Shown piece after piece: positions 41,595 to 55,308 of a stretch of DNA of 64,000 nt (position 1 is its first letter; the number at the start of each line of letters is the position of its first letter). The DNA is from Chiloscyllium plagiosum (Eukaryota). Below the pieces are notes generated by a model, which worked only from the letters and a program-made list of their open reading frames with translations, did no database searches and was not told the DNA's origin. Both the position numbers and the translations under genes were made by a program. The stretch lies in the NCBI RefSeq assembly GCF_004010195.1, contig NC_057759.1, positions 223,865-287,864 of the forward strand, given 5' to 3'.

Positions 41595-43900
41595 GAAAGG
41601 GATACATGCCAAGTTTAGAATCCAGAGAAGGTATATTCCTGTTAGGGTGAAAGGAAAAGCTGGTAGGTATAGGGAATGCTGGATGACTAAAGATATTAAA
41701 GGTTTGGTTAAGAAAAAGAAGGAAGCACATGTAAGGTATAGACAGGCTAGATGGAGTGAATCCTCAGAAAATTATAAAGGCAGTAGGGATATACTGAAGA
41801 CGGAAATCAGGAGGGCACAAAGGGGACATGAGATAGCTTTGGCAAACAGAATTAAGGATGGTCCAAAGGGTTTTTACAAATACATCAAAGACAAAAGGGT
41901 AACTAGAGAGAGAACAGGGCCCCTCAAAGATCAACAAGGCAGCTTTTGTGTGGAGCTGCCAAAAATGGGGGAGACATTAATCGAGTATTTTGCATTAATA
42001 TTTACTGTGGAAAAGAACAAAGAAGATATAGAATATAGGGAAATAGATGATGACATCTTGAAAATTACCCCTATTACAGAGGAGGAAGTGCTGGATGTCA
42101 TGAAATGCAAAAAGGTAGATAAATCCCCAGGAGCTGATCAGGTGTACCCTAGAACTCTGTGGGAAGCTAGAGAACTGATTGCTGGACCTCTTGCTGAAAT
42201 ATTTTTTAGATTAGATTACATTACAGCATGGAAACAGGCCCTTCGGCCCAAAAAGTCCACATTTACCCCTTACCTAACACTACAGGCAATTTAGCATGGC
42301 TAATTCACCTGACCTGCACATCTTTATGACTTGTGGGAGGAAACCCGGAGCACCCGGAGGAAACCCACGCGGACACGGGGAGAACGTGCAAACTCCACAC
42401 AGTCAGTCGCCTGAGGCAGGTATTGAACTCGGGTCTCTGGCGCTGTGAGGCAGCAGTGCTAACCACTGTGCCACCGTGCCGCCCACAATCGATAGTCACA
42501 GGTGAGGTGTCGGAAAACTGGAGGTTGGCTAATGTGGTGCTACTGTTTAAAAAGGGTGGTAAGGACAAGCCAGGGAACTATCAACCAGTGAGCCTGATGT
42601 CGGTGGTGGGCAAGTTGCTGGAAGGAATCCTGAGGTGCTGGATTCACATGTATTTGGAAAGGAAGGACTGATTAGGGATAGTCAACATGGCTTTGTGTGT
42701 GGGAAATGATGTCTCACAAACTTGATTGAGTTTTTTGAAGAAGTAACAAAGAGGTTTGATGAAGGCAGAATGGTAGATATGGTCTATATGGACTTCAGTA
42801 AGGCATTTGACAAGATTCCCCATGGAAGACTGGTTACCAAGGTTAGATGTCTTGGAATACAGGGAGAACTAGCCATTTGGATACAGAACTAGCTCAAAGG
42901 TAGAAGACAAAAGGTGGCAGTGGAGGGTTGTTTTTCAGACTGGAGGCCTGTGACCAAGTGGAGTGCCACAAACATTGTTGCTGGGTCCTCTACTTTTTGT
43001 CATTTACATAAATGATTTGGATGTGAGCATAAGAGATACAGTTAGTAAGTTTGCAGATGACACCAAAATTGGAGGTGTAGTGGACAACGAAGAAGGTTAC
43101 CTCAGATTACAGCAGGATCTTGGCCAGATGGGCTGAGAAGTGGCAGATGGAGTTTAAGTCAGATAAATGCGAGGTGCTGCATTTTGGGAAAGCAAATCTT
43201 AGCAGGACTTATACACTTAATGGTAAGGTCCTAGGGAGTGTTGCTGAACAAAGAGCCCTTGGAATGCAGGTTCATAGCTCCTTGAAAGTGGAGTCACAGG
43301 TAGATAGGATAGTGAAGAAGGCATTTGGTAGGCTTTCTTTTATTGGTCAGAGTATTGAGTACAGGAGTTAGGAGGTCATTTTGTGGTTGTACAGGACATT
43401 GGTCAGGCCGCTGTTGGAATATTGTGTGCAGTTCTAGTCTCCTTCCTATCGGAAAGATGTTGTAAAACTTGAAAAGGGTGTTGCCAGGGTTGAAGGATTT
43501 GAGCTATAAGGAGAGGCTGAACAAGCTGAGGCTGTTTTCCCTGGAGCGTCAGAGGTTGAAGGTTGACCTTATAGAGGTTTATAAAATCATGAGGGGCATG
43601 GAGCATCAGGGAGTCCAGAACTAGAGAGTATAGGTTTAGGGTAAGAGGAGAAAGATATAAAAGAGACTTAAGGGGCAACTGTTTCACACAGAGGGTTGTA
43701 CGTGTATGGAATGAGCTGCCAGAGTAAGTGGGGGAGGCTGGTATTGCAACATTCAAAAGCCATTTGGATCGGTGTATGAATAAGAAGTGTTTGGAGAGAT
43801 TTGGGCCAGGTGCTGGCAGGTGAGACTAGATTGGGTTGGGATATCTGGCCTGCATGGAAGGTTTGGACTGAAGGGTCTGTTTCCATGCTGTACATCTATA
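41595..43900 (+). mobile_element. 5'-truncated CR1 LINE (a separate CR1 tail lies at about 41310-41595)
   Basis: [58 protein letters not shown]. Confidence 0.92.
42205..42485 (-). mobile_element. HE1-like SINE inserted in CR1
   Basis: Reverse complement starts GGGCGGCACGGTGGCACAGTGGTTAGCACTG with B-box GAGTTCAATACC; the CR1 sequence resumes on both sides. Confidence 0.9.
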
Positions 43901-44106
43901 TTACTCAATTCTAGCAAATGAGATTTGACTAGTTTAGGGTACCCTTCAGCATGGACTAGTTGGATCAAAGGCTGTATGACTCTGCAACCTGAAAGTTACA
44001 GTTTGATAACTAGATTCTCATATATACACAGCAAACACTTGACAGGTGGCATATGATAAATGCAATTAAATAGTCATAAATCAGAGACTGACAGGTACAA
44101 ATTAAT

Positions 44107-44427
44107 GAGGTAAAAACAATGACTGCAGATGCTGGAAACCAGATTCTGGATTAGTGGTGCTGGAAGAGCACAGCTGTTCAGGCAGCATCCGAGGACAGGC
44201 AAAATCCGAGACAGGCAAAATCGACGTTTCGGGCAAAAGCCCTTCATCAGGAATAAAGGCAGAGAGCCTGAAGCGTGGAGAGATAAACTAGAGGAGGGTG
44301 GGGGTGGGGAGAGAGTAGCATAGAGTACAATAGGTGAGTGGGGGAGGCCTTTATTCCTGATGAAGGGCTTTTGCCCGAAACGTCGATTTTGCCTGTCTCG
44401 GATTTTGCCTGAACTGCTGTGCTCTTC
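44107..44427. mobile_element. family A element with two oppositely oriented hammerhead motifs
   Basis: TSD CAGGTACAAATTAAT at 44092-44106 and 44428-44442; cores at 44219-44254 (-) and 44353-44388 (+). Confidence 0.88.
44353..44388 (+). ncRNA. minimal type I hammerhead motif, family A
   Basis: ATTC-CTGATGA-A-GGGC-TTTT-GCCC-GAAAC-GTC-GATT. Confidence 0.7.
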
Positions 44428-45038
44428 CAGGTACAAATTAATAACTGCACCCTGAGATACACAGAGCAAAAGCTGACATGGATATACTCATACAGCACAG
44501 AAAAGCCCTTCAGGCATCTTGTCTACCACTGAAGGTTTGCTAATTTCCTGCACTTGTCCCATATCCTTAAATGTTATTACATTTCAAGTGCTCAATCCAA
44601 ATACTTTTTCCAGGTTAAGGTTTCTGGACTCCACTGTCTTCCCAAGCAGTATCTTCCAGATTTCCACCACTTGCTGAGTGAATAAGATTTTTCTAAAATT
44701 CCCTCAATATATTTACCTCTTACCCTACACCATAGTGAGAGTCCTTACCCTTACCATATCCTAACCCAATCACCACTTGTGATTGATCGCTCAGACAAGG
44801 GAAACCGCTTCTGTTTATTCACCCAGTCCATGTGCCTCAATCTTTTACACCACAATCATGTGGCCCCATTTCAGTTATCTCTGCTCTCGAGAAAACACTC
44901 CAAGTTTATTTAATCTCTCCCTTTATGGAAGTAATATTTCTGCTTTGATCCTAATCCCTGATACTGGGTCTGAGTTTAGCACTGCTGCTGTCACTGTCGG
45001 TTTAATGTGAATTATTTATTCCTGCATTCTAAAGCAGC

Positions 45039-47270
45039 GCTGACTGTCCCTGCCCAGAGGAGCGCATGCGTGAGTCCCTCCCCCAGCGCTGCCATTGAGG
45101 AGCATTGACTCAGTGAGTGCAAGAGGTTTGTTTGAAACAGACCGCAATGGAGAGATCACCGCCCAGGGAAGCGAGGGAACAGCAGGCTCCTTCCAGCAGC
45201 ACATCGGGATGGGAGCCTGGGACACAGAGGGGGCTCCGAGACCGGGATTGATTCGGGGTGAGTTCAGGGAGAACCGGGGGCTGTTTGTAAGAGGCCGAGC
45301 GGAGCAGGAACTGGTCCCGGAACTTGGAGTGAGCGGGCTGGGGGGAAGAGAGAGGCCTTTCTCGGGCTGTGTGTGGGCCTGCTGAGGGAGGCAGAGCGGG
45401 AAGAAGCTGCTGTGGGACATTCTTGTGGTTATTAATCCCCTAAACACTGATGGGAATTCTGTTTCACGCTGTCTGTTGATATCGGACAGTGAATAATGGA
45501 AGCACGACGACGATTTTGTGACAATCCTATTAAGGACACGTATTGGAGTGAACAGATTTGAAGTTTCGAGTAAAACATTAGACATAGCGTCTCTTGTTCT
45601 TTCCTTCAACATTTAATGTATCGTCAGCTTGCTATTGATATATGTCAGCATTGCAGCTGCTTCAGGAATCCCCATTCATGGAGGTGAACAGATGTTAGTT
45701 CTGGATCTTACCCAATTGTCACAAAGTTGCAAATAAAAGAAACGGAGACCGGGAGCAACTGAGGGAAAGAGTGGAATCGAAACCTGATTATTAACTGACT
45801 GTCACACTGATCAGTTTAATCTTGCTTAACTTGGCTTATGTTGATTTACAGCTGAAAAGTCTTCTGTCTTCTGCCAAGGAAATATTTATCTGACGAAGAC
45901 AATGTCATATTTCCTCAGTATAACGCCAAGTGAGACCAGCTGCTTCTAACAAACAGCAGGTATGTTACCACTGCCAAAGCAGAGAATATCCTTTCCACAG
46001 GTACGGAGCAGATTGGATCAGACTTAGTTTGAGCTCAATTTCCAGGGATATATCCAAACAAGCAAACAGTCAGACTCAACTGCGGAAAGACAAGTTTCTT
46101 TTTTTCTCTGTATTCTCCATAGACATCTTCCCGGTTTCAATTAATATGATTCATAGGCCATGAACATTCACAGCATGTTTAAAGCTGACTGGTTGCCTAA
46201 AGTAGGCAGTTAGTGTCTAAGTCAAGTTGACATTTTAAAAGGGCATTTTAAATGTCACAAACCAGATAAGCAATTATATCATGCTTTTATATAGTTTCAG
46301 CAGCCATTTTTGACAAGTAGTGAATAATTACTGAGCACACACAAACACACATGTACGCAAAGGTCCTGACTGATTCAGACTGAGTCCCCAATACACTCCC
46401 CATATCAACACACAAGATACAGAGACTAACAGCGATGTACACACATTTACTCTGTAGGAAACAGAAATGAATATATACAAATGTTTACACAAAAACAAGC
46501 AACTAATCCCATTCAACCAGCATTCCATTTCAATGAGTGTGTCATGGCAGCAGAGGAGCTGTCAACCCCACCTTGGTCTCAACATCATTCTCAACATATT
46601 CACCTTGCAGGGATAGAAATTAAATTTTCACACTGCCCAGTATTAATTTATTTTTATTAAAAAATGTGTAACTCGGTCTCCAAATTCACTTTAATCATCT
46701 ACAAAGAATCCCAAATGTCCCACCCTGTGAAATATTACAAAAAAAGCAAGAAAATAGTGTCATATCATCAATTTAACAATATAATCAAATAATCACCCTT
46801 TAATTCAACAAAGGAATTTAGTCAAATCTTGTAATTTGAAAATTCTCATTCTTTTTGCAGGAAGAGTTCAACCATGTTCAATAAATTTGCCTGAATGATT
46901 TAAATCTTTTCCACTGTATGACAAAAATACAAGTCTTTTCACTTTCCTCATCGCCACCACAGAGCATCAGGAGAGTACTGCGAATGGCTTGCACCATCAC
47001 TCCACAGAACAGGATTACGTAATACTCACAATAGAATAATGAAGTGAACTAGCCAATTCTCTTTCCTGTAGCAGGAACATTGTGGTCAGTCGGCTACAAT
47101 ACACTTTATTTGTTCGTTCCCCTCTCCTTTCAACACTAACAAAGGAATGTAACGCCTATCCATTTCTCAGCATTATTCACAAAAGTATCTAGGAAAAACT
47201 GATGACATCCTGAAGAACAGCCCATGGTATCATTCTTCCCAGTTCGAGTTTGCACTACAGGAGTTGGAAA
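45039..47270 (+). pseudogene. candidate spliced gene, copy B (compact, inactivated)
   Basis: NRF1 site 45062-45071; donor at 45258; exon-2 homolog about 45620-45718 with early TAG; exon 45878-45959 with TGA; exon 46963-47013 with donor GT>AT; colinear with copy A. Confidence 0.55.
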
Positions 47271-47319
47271 ACCCTTTAATTTTGCATTACACAATCCATG
47301 ACACAAAGCAAATGCACTA

Positions 47320-50300
47320 AGCAGAAACTGACAGGTACAGATCGATAAGTGCACTCACACATTCACATAGCTGAAATTGACAGGCATAGATTAATATCTA
47401 AATTCAGAGTCACAAAGCAGTATCTGGCATATACAGTTTGATGACTGTACTTACATTGACAGAGCAGTCAGATTGGTAAATATATTCTGATGTTCACATT
47501 GTAGAAAAGTGCATGTACAGATTGCTAACTGCACGCTGTAACACATATAGCAGAAATTGACAAGGAGAAATTGAGAACGATATTTACATATCAGAACTGG
47601 CAGGTACAAATTGGTAAGCACATTCACATATTCACAATACAGAAGCTGATAGGGTAAGATTGATAAATGCACTCACACATTCACATGGCAGACACTGAGA
47701 GTTACAGATTAATAACTGCACACTCAAATACACAGAGCTGAAACTGATAAGAACAAATTAGTAAATACACTCTGACATTCACGGAGAAAGTTTGATACCA
47801 AATGTATCATATCCACGAAGCAGAAACTGACAGGAACAGATCAACAATAACACTCAGTTTCATATTGCATAAACTGACAAGTAAATTTTTGATAACTAAT
47901 CTCACAGTTTCACACAGCAGAATTTGACAAGTATAGATCAATAACAATACTCAGTTTGACAAGCAAAAATGACAACTACACTCTAACATTCATCCCATAT
48001 TCACATGGCAGAAACAGTTACAGCTTGATATCTACTCTCACCCATTCACATTGCAGAAACTGACTGGGACAGATTGATGATGACACTCACACATTCATAT
48101 GACAGAAATTAACAGAGGTTCAGCTCAATAACTAAAATCACATATAGATGTAGGAGAAGCTGACAGCGAGAGACTGATAATTATACTCTCATTCACATTG
48201 CAGAAACTGAGATTGATAACTGCACCCTTATATTCACACAGAAACTGACAGATATAGATTTGATAACCACAGTCACACATTCATATTGCAATAACTGATA
48301 AGAGATAGATTGACCTTCCCTATGAGATATTTTTTAAAAAGTAAGAAAACAATATAATTTAGTCAAATTATCAATATAGCTTCCTACGCTATCATAGGAT
48401 ATACTCAATCTGGTCCGAGAGTTTGAAACAACATTTTTTTTTTAACATCTCTAGCACCCCGTCTGTTGGCATGTGGGCTGTTTTCAAGATATCAATATTT
48501 ATTTCCCCAAGTTTCCTAGCCTCCACTCTTATGTCTCCAGGCATAGAACAATAACTGTACTCACACATTTATATTACAAAGAATGGCAGATTCAGATTGA
48601 TAAGTGCATTCATACATTATCAAATCAGAAACTGATGGGGAGAGATTAATAACTAATCAATTTTATATTTAATAACTCATCTAGCCGAGACTTTCAGGGA
48701 GAGTCTTTTAGTTAGAATTAGAATCCATACAGTTTTGAAACAGGACCTTCAGCCTGGCAAGTCCACACCGACCCTCTGAAGATTATCACAACCAGAACCA
48801 CTCCCTTATCACTCTACATTTACCCCTGACTAATGCACCGAACCCATTCATCCCTGAACACTATGGGCAATTTAGCATGGCCAATTCACCTAACCTCTTC
48901 TTTGGACTGTGGGAGGAAACCGGGGCACTCAAAGGAAACTCACACAGACACGGGTAGAATGTGCAAACTCCACATAGACAGTCGCCCGAGGCTGAAATCG
49001 AATCCAGGTTCCTGGTGCTGTGAGGCAACTGAGCCACTGTGTCGTATAATGTGCCACATTATACAAGAATATTCACACCGCAGAAACTAACTGGTGCAAA
49101 TTGATCACAACACTCGTATATTCACAGAACAGAACATGACAGTTACAGATTGATAACTACATTTTCATATTCACACTACAGAAAATGACAGGTATGATTT
49201 AATGAATATAGTTGCATTTTTGCAAGCAGAAACATTTAGAGACATATTAATTACTCCATTCATATATTCACATATCTGAAACTGTTAGGTACAGATCAAA
49301 AACTAAACTCGTCAATTGACATAGCAGAAACTGGGACACAGATTGATACTTGCACTCATACATTCAGATAGCAGACACTGACAGGCACAGATGGCTAACT
49401 ACACTCACATACCGGAAACTGACAAGATCTTTCCCATAGCATAACCAAACAGGTAAAGATTTATAACTACAATTTCATGATCACAGAGGGAAAAACACAT
49501 TGTCATGTACAGTTTGATAACGATACTCAAAAATATCTGATTAGAATCTCTCAGGTCCATATTGGGAACTACACTCTCTCATTCACCTTGTAGAAATTGA
49601 CAGATGCAGACTGTTAACTACACTGACACATTCACAGCACAAAATGACAGGAACAGGTGGACAACTACCCTCATTCATTTATGAAGCAGAAACTAACAGG
49701 TACAGATGATAACCACCACTTACATATTCACAGGGCAGACTGTTACAGTCATAAATTGATAACTGGACTCACACATTTACATTACAGAAACTGACATACA
49801 TTTTGATAAAGGCATTTGGACATTACCAAACCAGAAACTTCCAGCTAAATGTTCATATCACCACTCTCACATACAGACAGCAGAAACTCACAGGGATAGG
49901 TTGGGAAATACACATACACATTCACATAGTGGAAACTGATATGTCCATATTGATGACTATATTTGGATGTTCACAAAGCAAAGACAGATTGATAATTGCA
50001 CCATATTCACAGAAGAGAATCTGACAGGTATTTCCATATGCACATAGTTGAAACTGACAGGTTTACAAATTGATAACCTCATTCACATATTAACAACACA
50101 GATATTGACAAGGAATGGTTGATATATGCACTCACATATTCACCAAAAAGAAACTGACTGGTACAGATTGATAACTAAACTCACATGTTGAAATAACAGG
50201 AACTGAAAGGTACAGACTGATAGCAACACTCTCATTCTCATAGCTCATACTGACAGATATTGGTTGATATGTACACTCTCATTCACATAGCAAAAACTGG

Positions 50301-51660
50301 CAGGAATAGTTTAATTACTTCCTTGGATATATGGAGGAGACACTGACAGGGACAGATTACACTCTTCTAGTCACATACCAGAAAATCACGGTTACAATTT
50401 GTTAACAACACTTCCACTTTCACTTAACATAAACTCTCAGATACGGTTTGATAAGTATACTCAATTTCACACAGAATCTGATAGGTAGAGATTGAAAACT
50501 CTGTCTCAATATGACTCACATATTGACTTGGCAGAAACAGATAGGCTTAGATTCAAACCTGTGCTCACATATTCACATTGATGAAACTGACTGCTAAACT
50601 TCCGTATATGCAGAGAAAAGTTTCTGACAAGTATAATTTGATAAAGACACTCAAATATTCATAGGGCATAGTGTATTGATCCCGACACTGTCTCACCAAG
50701 CAGAAACTGACAGGGAAATATTGATAAATACACTCACATATTCACATTGCAGAGACTAACAGAAAGAGCTGCTTCCGAATTTCTCATATTCACACAGCAG
50801 AATTGGTCAGGTTAGACTGACAATTTCACACACATATTCAGCCAGAAAAACTGACAGGTATGGATTGGTAACTACATTTACAGATGCACATACATTCTGA
50901 CAAGGACAGATCAAAACTAAACTCTCAGAAAAACTCAAAGCAGAATATGACAGATACAGAATGATTAATGCATTTACACATTCACAAATCCAAAAGTGAC
51001 AGTTAAAGATTAATAACTAAACATTCAGATTCAGAGAACAGAAACTAACGAGGAAAGGTTGATCAATTCACTTTGACATTGCAAAGACAGACAGCAATAG
51101 ATTGATAAATAAGCCACAGATACAGAGCAGAAACTGTTCAGTACAGATTGATAAATACACACGTGCATGGACATAGCAGAAAGTGACATGGCCAGATTTA
51201 TAACTACAGTCACACATTCTCATTGCAACAACTGACAGCAATACATTGATTAACAATCACTTGCTCATTTCACAAAACTGACAGGTAGAGACTGAAAATG
51301 ACAGTCATATTCACACAGCAGAATCTGACAGGCACAAATTGATAACACACATTGATGGAAACTGATTGGTATATGTTGATAAATGCATTCACCTATTAAC
51401 AAACCACAACCGCACCGGGACAGGTTATTACTGACATTCTCAGATTAACAGAGCAAAAACTGACAGGAATAGGCTGGTCAATAAACTCACACATTCACAT
51501 TGTGGAGACTGACAAATACATATTAATAGCTATACTTTGATATTTACAAGTAGAGATGGATAACTCCATTCAAATATTCATACAGAAGAAACTGACCAGT
51601 ACAAATTGATGGATACGTAAATCTATTTATGAAACAGAGACTGACATGAACAAATTGAGA
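47320..51660 (+). repeat. degenerate ~49-bp tandem array (longest block)
   Basis: For example GCAGAAACTGACAGG at 50700 and the next GCAGAGACTAACAG at 50749; continues for about 4.3 kb with two interruptions. Confidence 0.9.
48710..49040 (-). mobile_element. HE1-like SINE
   Basis: GGGCAATTTAGCATGGCCAATTCACC...TGTGCAAACTCCACA...CTGAGCCAC. Confidence 0.85.
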
Positions 51661-51959
51661 AATACATTCAGGTTGCACAAATGGACAGTGCTCTCAGCTG
51701 CAGGGTTATGGCCTGGGTGCAGAAAGGTGGAATTAGAATGGCCATCTGGTGTCTTTGGGTTGGAATGGACAGATAGGTCAAATGGACCTCTTATGTGCAA
51801 AGTCATTTCAATGTATCTATAGTTCTATGTTAATCTGTCCCTGTGAGTCACTGCTATGTGAATACAAAAGTAATTTCAGAATGACTTAGAAGGGCAAAGT
51901 GTGAGAGTGTGGTTGTCATTGACAAAGTAGGAATTGACATGAATAGTTCAAAAACGAAA

Positions 51960-52480
51960 CTGATTCCCAGCCCTGCTTGCATTGGATAGCCCCATTCATG
52001 GAGCTGTACAGTTATTGGTTAGTTTCTGGACCTCACTCAATTGGTATTGAATTAACAAAAAGAAACGTCACCAGACATGGAGCAAGAGTAGAATCAGACA
52101 TGTAGTTCTGTTTGGATTCCTGTCTTTAAAAACAATATCCTAATGATTATTAACAGTTAAAGATCAGTTAAAGATGGTCAAACTTGGCTGATTGTGATTT
52201 AGAGAGATTTCTGTTCTGTCTTCCTCCAGGCAAATACTGGAAGGGCCAAGACAATGTAATATTCCCTCGGTACGAAGCCAAATGTAATCAGCTGCTTCTA
52301 ACATACAGCAGGTATGTTACCATTGTCAGAGCAATGAACATCCTTTCCACAGTCAGAGCAGATTGGATTGAGCTCACTTTGAGAGTGAGAGATGTTCAAA
52401 CAACAGAGAAAATATGTTTGTTTTTTTTTCTCTCACAAATGCACATGACTCCAGTTTGAACAAATGTCACCATTCACAGC
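51960..52480 (+). other. candidate gene copy with open exons 2-3
   Basis: ATG 51998 to G|GTATTG 52043, joined to CCTCCAG|52230-52311|GTATGT, gives MELYSYWLVSGPHSIGKYWKGQDNVIFPRYEAKCNQLLLTYS. Confidence 0.5.
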
Positions 52481-53217
52481 TCATTGACATTTGCACAATT
52501 TTCAAACTGGAAAGTCTGAATTCTTGTCCAGAATATACATTGAAGAACTGAAACAAATCTGCCTCAAATTGTTAAAGTACAGATTTGAGATGGGCCAGGG
52601 AATCCCTTGTGGACTCAGGTATAAAGCCTCTCTCTTTTGGTTCGTCCTGGAGATCGTACTCTTTGGAAGTCTGGAATAAAAAACTCTTACAGGCAGATTA
52701 GTTTAATTTTAGTTGTCCCCTTTATTCACTAATAGCATCGCTGTTACAATATAACACTGATACCTATAAGCTAAACTAACCAGGTTCTAATAACCTAGGA
52801 GAGTAGGGTACCAGCTCTTCAAATGCCCCAGCAGGCTACTCTGACGTACTGATACAAAGTGGCCTCCGTTATACAAAAATTTACGAAAACATTGCATGTC
52901 CTTAATTAGACAGATAACAGTGAAAGACAATAATTTGTAAGGAAGAAAAGACAATTGACAGGTCTGTGTACGCTTGACTACTCACTCTTATAGGCCCTAA
53001 GCCACTCATCAGTTGGGAAAAACACACCCAGCCTGCTAGCGAGATAAGCTCCTATCATAAAAGTATACCAGTCCGAGTAATTGGAGAGTCCATAAGGTAA
53101 CCTTGCACAGCTCACATATCTAATACAATTGTTTTACGAAATGGCTTCTTAACAAGGAGGGCAAACTTTTGATCATAAAATGGCTTCCTGACAGATTGTG
53201 TCAGAGTCTCTTCAATG

Positions 53218-53488
53218 TTAGACCATTTAGGACAGAGATGAGGAGAAACTTCTTCACCCAGAGAGAGGTGGCTGTGTGGAATGCTCTGACCCAGAGGGCA
53301 GTGGAGGCCCAGTCTCTGGATTCATTTAAAAAAGAGTTGGATAGAGCTCTCAAGGATAGTGGAATCGAGGGTTATGGAGATAAGGCAGGAACAGGATACT
53401 GATTAAGGATGATTAGCCATGATCATATTGAATGGTGGTGCAGGCTCGAAGAGCAGAATGGCCTACTCCTGCACCTATTGTCTATTGT
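53218..53488 (+). mobile_element. CR1 3' end, same subfamily as 28500-31885
   Basis: Closely matches 31610-31885 (RPFRTEMRRNFFTQR...GYGDKAGTGY*). Confidence 0.9.
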
Positions 53489-54061
53489 TAGGTTTAGAAT
53501 AATTTTAAGCTGGGAGCAGATTCCTGCTTTTTATCTTGAACACAGAATCATTCTGTACCTGAGGCTGAAATGTTACTGCAAGGTTGTATCTAAAATGATT
53601 AATTAATCTCAAGTTAAACATGCCTTCTTTTCACGATTGTGATTCAAATTCAAATAAGACATAAGATCTGACTAGTTAGAATTGACAGTGGGGCGGTCTG
53701 TGGAGTGGTCTGCAAGATCAGCAAGTAAGTTAGGGCTTCATCAATATTATCTTTTACAGAGTTTGTATTTAATAACTGATATTGGCTACTCAATATCATC
53801 ATAAAGTCCCAAAATGCAATTAAAATCAATCCATAGCAGATAAGCACAAAGTGTTAATTTTCTACTGGCACCAACAGCCTCAGCACTAAAATCATCTCTC
53901 TTTGTCGTGTCCTTTCGAACTCTCAAGTCAGCAAAGTTTTTTTTTTCTTTGTGTCTGCCCCACTTGCAAGAGGTAAGAAGAATCCATTAAAGTTGGCAGC
54001 ATCTAATTGTTAATTACAAAGCTTTTGATCGTACCGAGTTTCATTTCAGGGTCAGAATCAT

Positions 54062-54366
54062 GGGCAGCACAGTGGTTAGCACTGCTGCTTCACAGCGCCA
54101 GAGACCCGGGTTCAATTCCCGCCTCAGGCGACTGACTGTGGAGTTTGCACATTCTCCCCGTGTCTGCATGGGTTTCCTCTGGGTGCTCTGGTTTCCTCCC
54201 ACAGTCCAAAAATGTGCAGGTTAGGTGAATTGACCATGCTAAATTACCCATAGTGTTAGGAGCAAGGGTAAATGTAGGGGAACGGGTCTGGGTGGGTTGC
54301 GCTTTGGCGGGTTGGTGTGGACTTGTTGGGCCAAAGGGCCTGTTTCCACACTGTAAGTAAATCTAA
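54062..54366 (+). mobile_element. HE1-like SINE
   Basis: GGGCAGCACAGTGGTTAGCACTG, B-box GGTTCAATTCC, conserved core and tail. Confidence 0.9.
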
Positions 54367-55308
54367 AAAAATATCAAACACTGTCATTAATTTTTCAAAG
54401 GAACGGCTGTGAATGTTATCACTTGGTGTCCTGTTCACACAGATTCACCAATGCTAAGACAAATGTTCTTAATTGTCTTACAGCATCCTGTTATTACTTG
54501 GTGAGCTCAGGTGTCCCTATCTTTAAGTTCCCACCTTTTTCTGAGCCTTCCTGGCTGTCTATTTTCTAGTGCAGTAAATGTGTCCTATAATGCAGCATTA
54601 CATTTTAGTCTAAATGTTTAAAGTCAAGTTTGAAGGCTATGGACTTTCTCAAAATCACCCTCATAACAAGTATCCCAAAACGAATCACATCCCCACAGAG
54701 AATATTAGTAGCTGTCAGAGAGTTACGTCCCTTTGACAAACAGAAACTGACCAGCAAACATTGATTCCTTTGTTCACTCGTTGGAATTGCAGAGACAGGC
54801 AAAATGACATTGATGACAACACACAATTGACAGGGCAGTTACCTACACACACAAAAACACACACATCTCCTCCACCTTGCAGGCAGTGACATGGATAGAT
54901 TCATGACACTCAGATGTTCACGTGACAGAAAGTGACACACAGACTCTTATTTTCATTGCACATAACAAAAGAAAGGTTTGACAACTACACTTCCATATTC
55001 AGATATCAGAAAGTATCAGACACTGATGAATAATTGTGCTCAAATTTTCATCCAGTTAGAAACTGATATTTTAGATCAATAATCAGACTCAACTACTGTC
55101 AGGTAGAGACCGAAGGTGACACTTTCATTCGCAGAGATAAAAGAAAATCTGACAGGTACATAACGATAACTAAAATTACATTCAGATGTCAGAAATTGAC
55201 ATGGACAGATTGGTAAACACACATTCACTTTTACACAATAGGAACTGTCCTAGAAAGATTAACAAGTGCACTCTCATGTTCACAATGCAGAAACTGACAG
55301 GAGCAAAT

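Noticed and set aside
47320-51660. CRISPR-like array or C2H2 zinc-finger array
   Set aside because: Units are degenerate along their whole length with no unique spacers and no cas genes; the period is about 49 bp, not 84, and there is no C2H2 reading frame.
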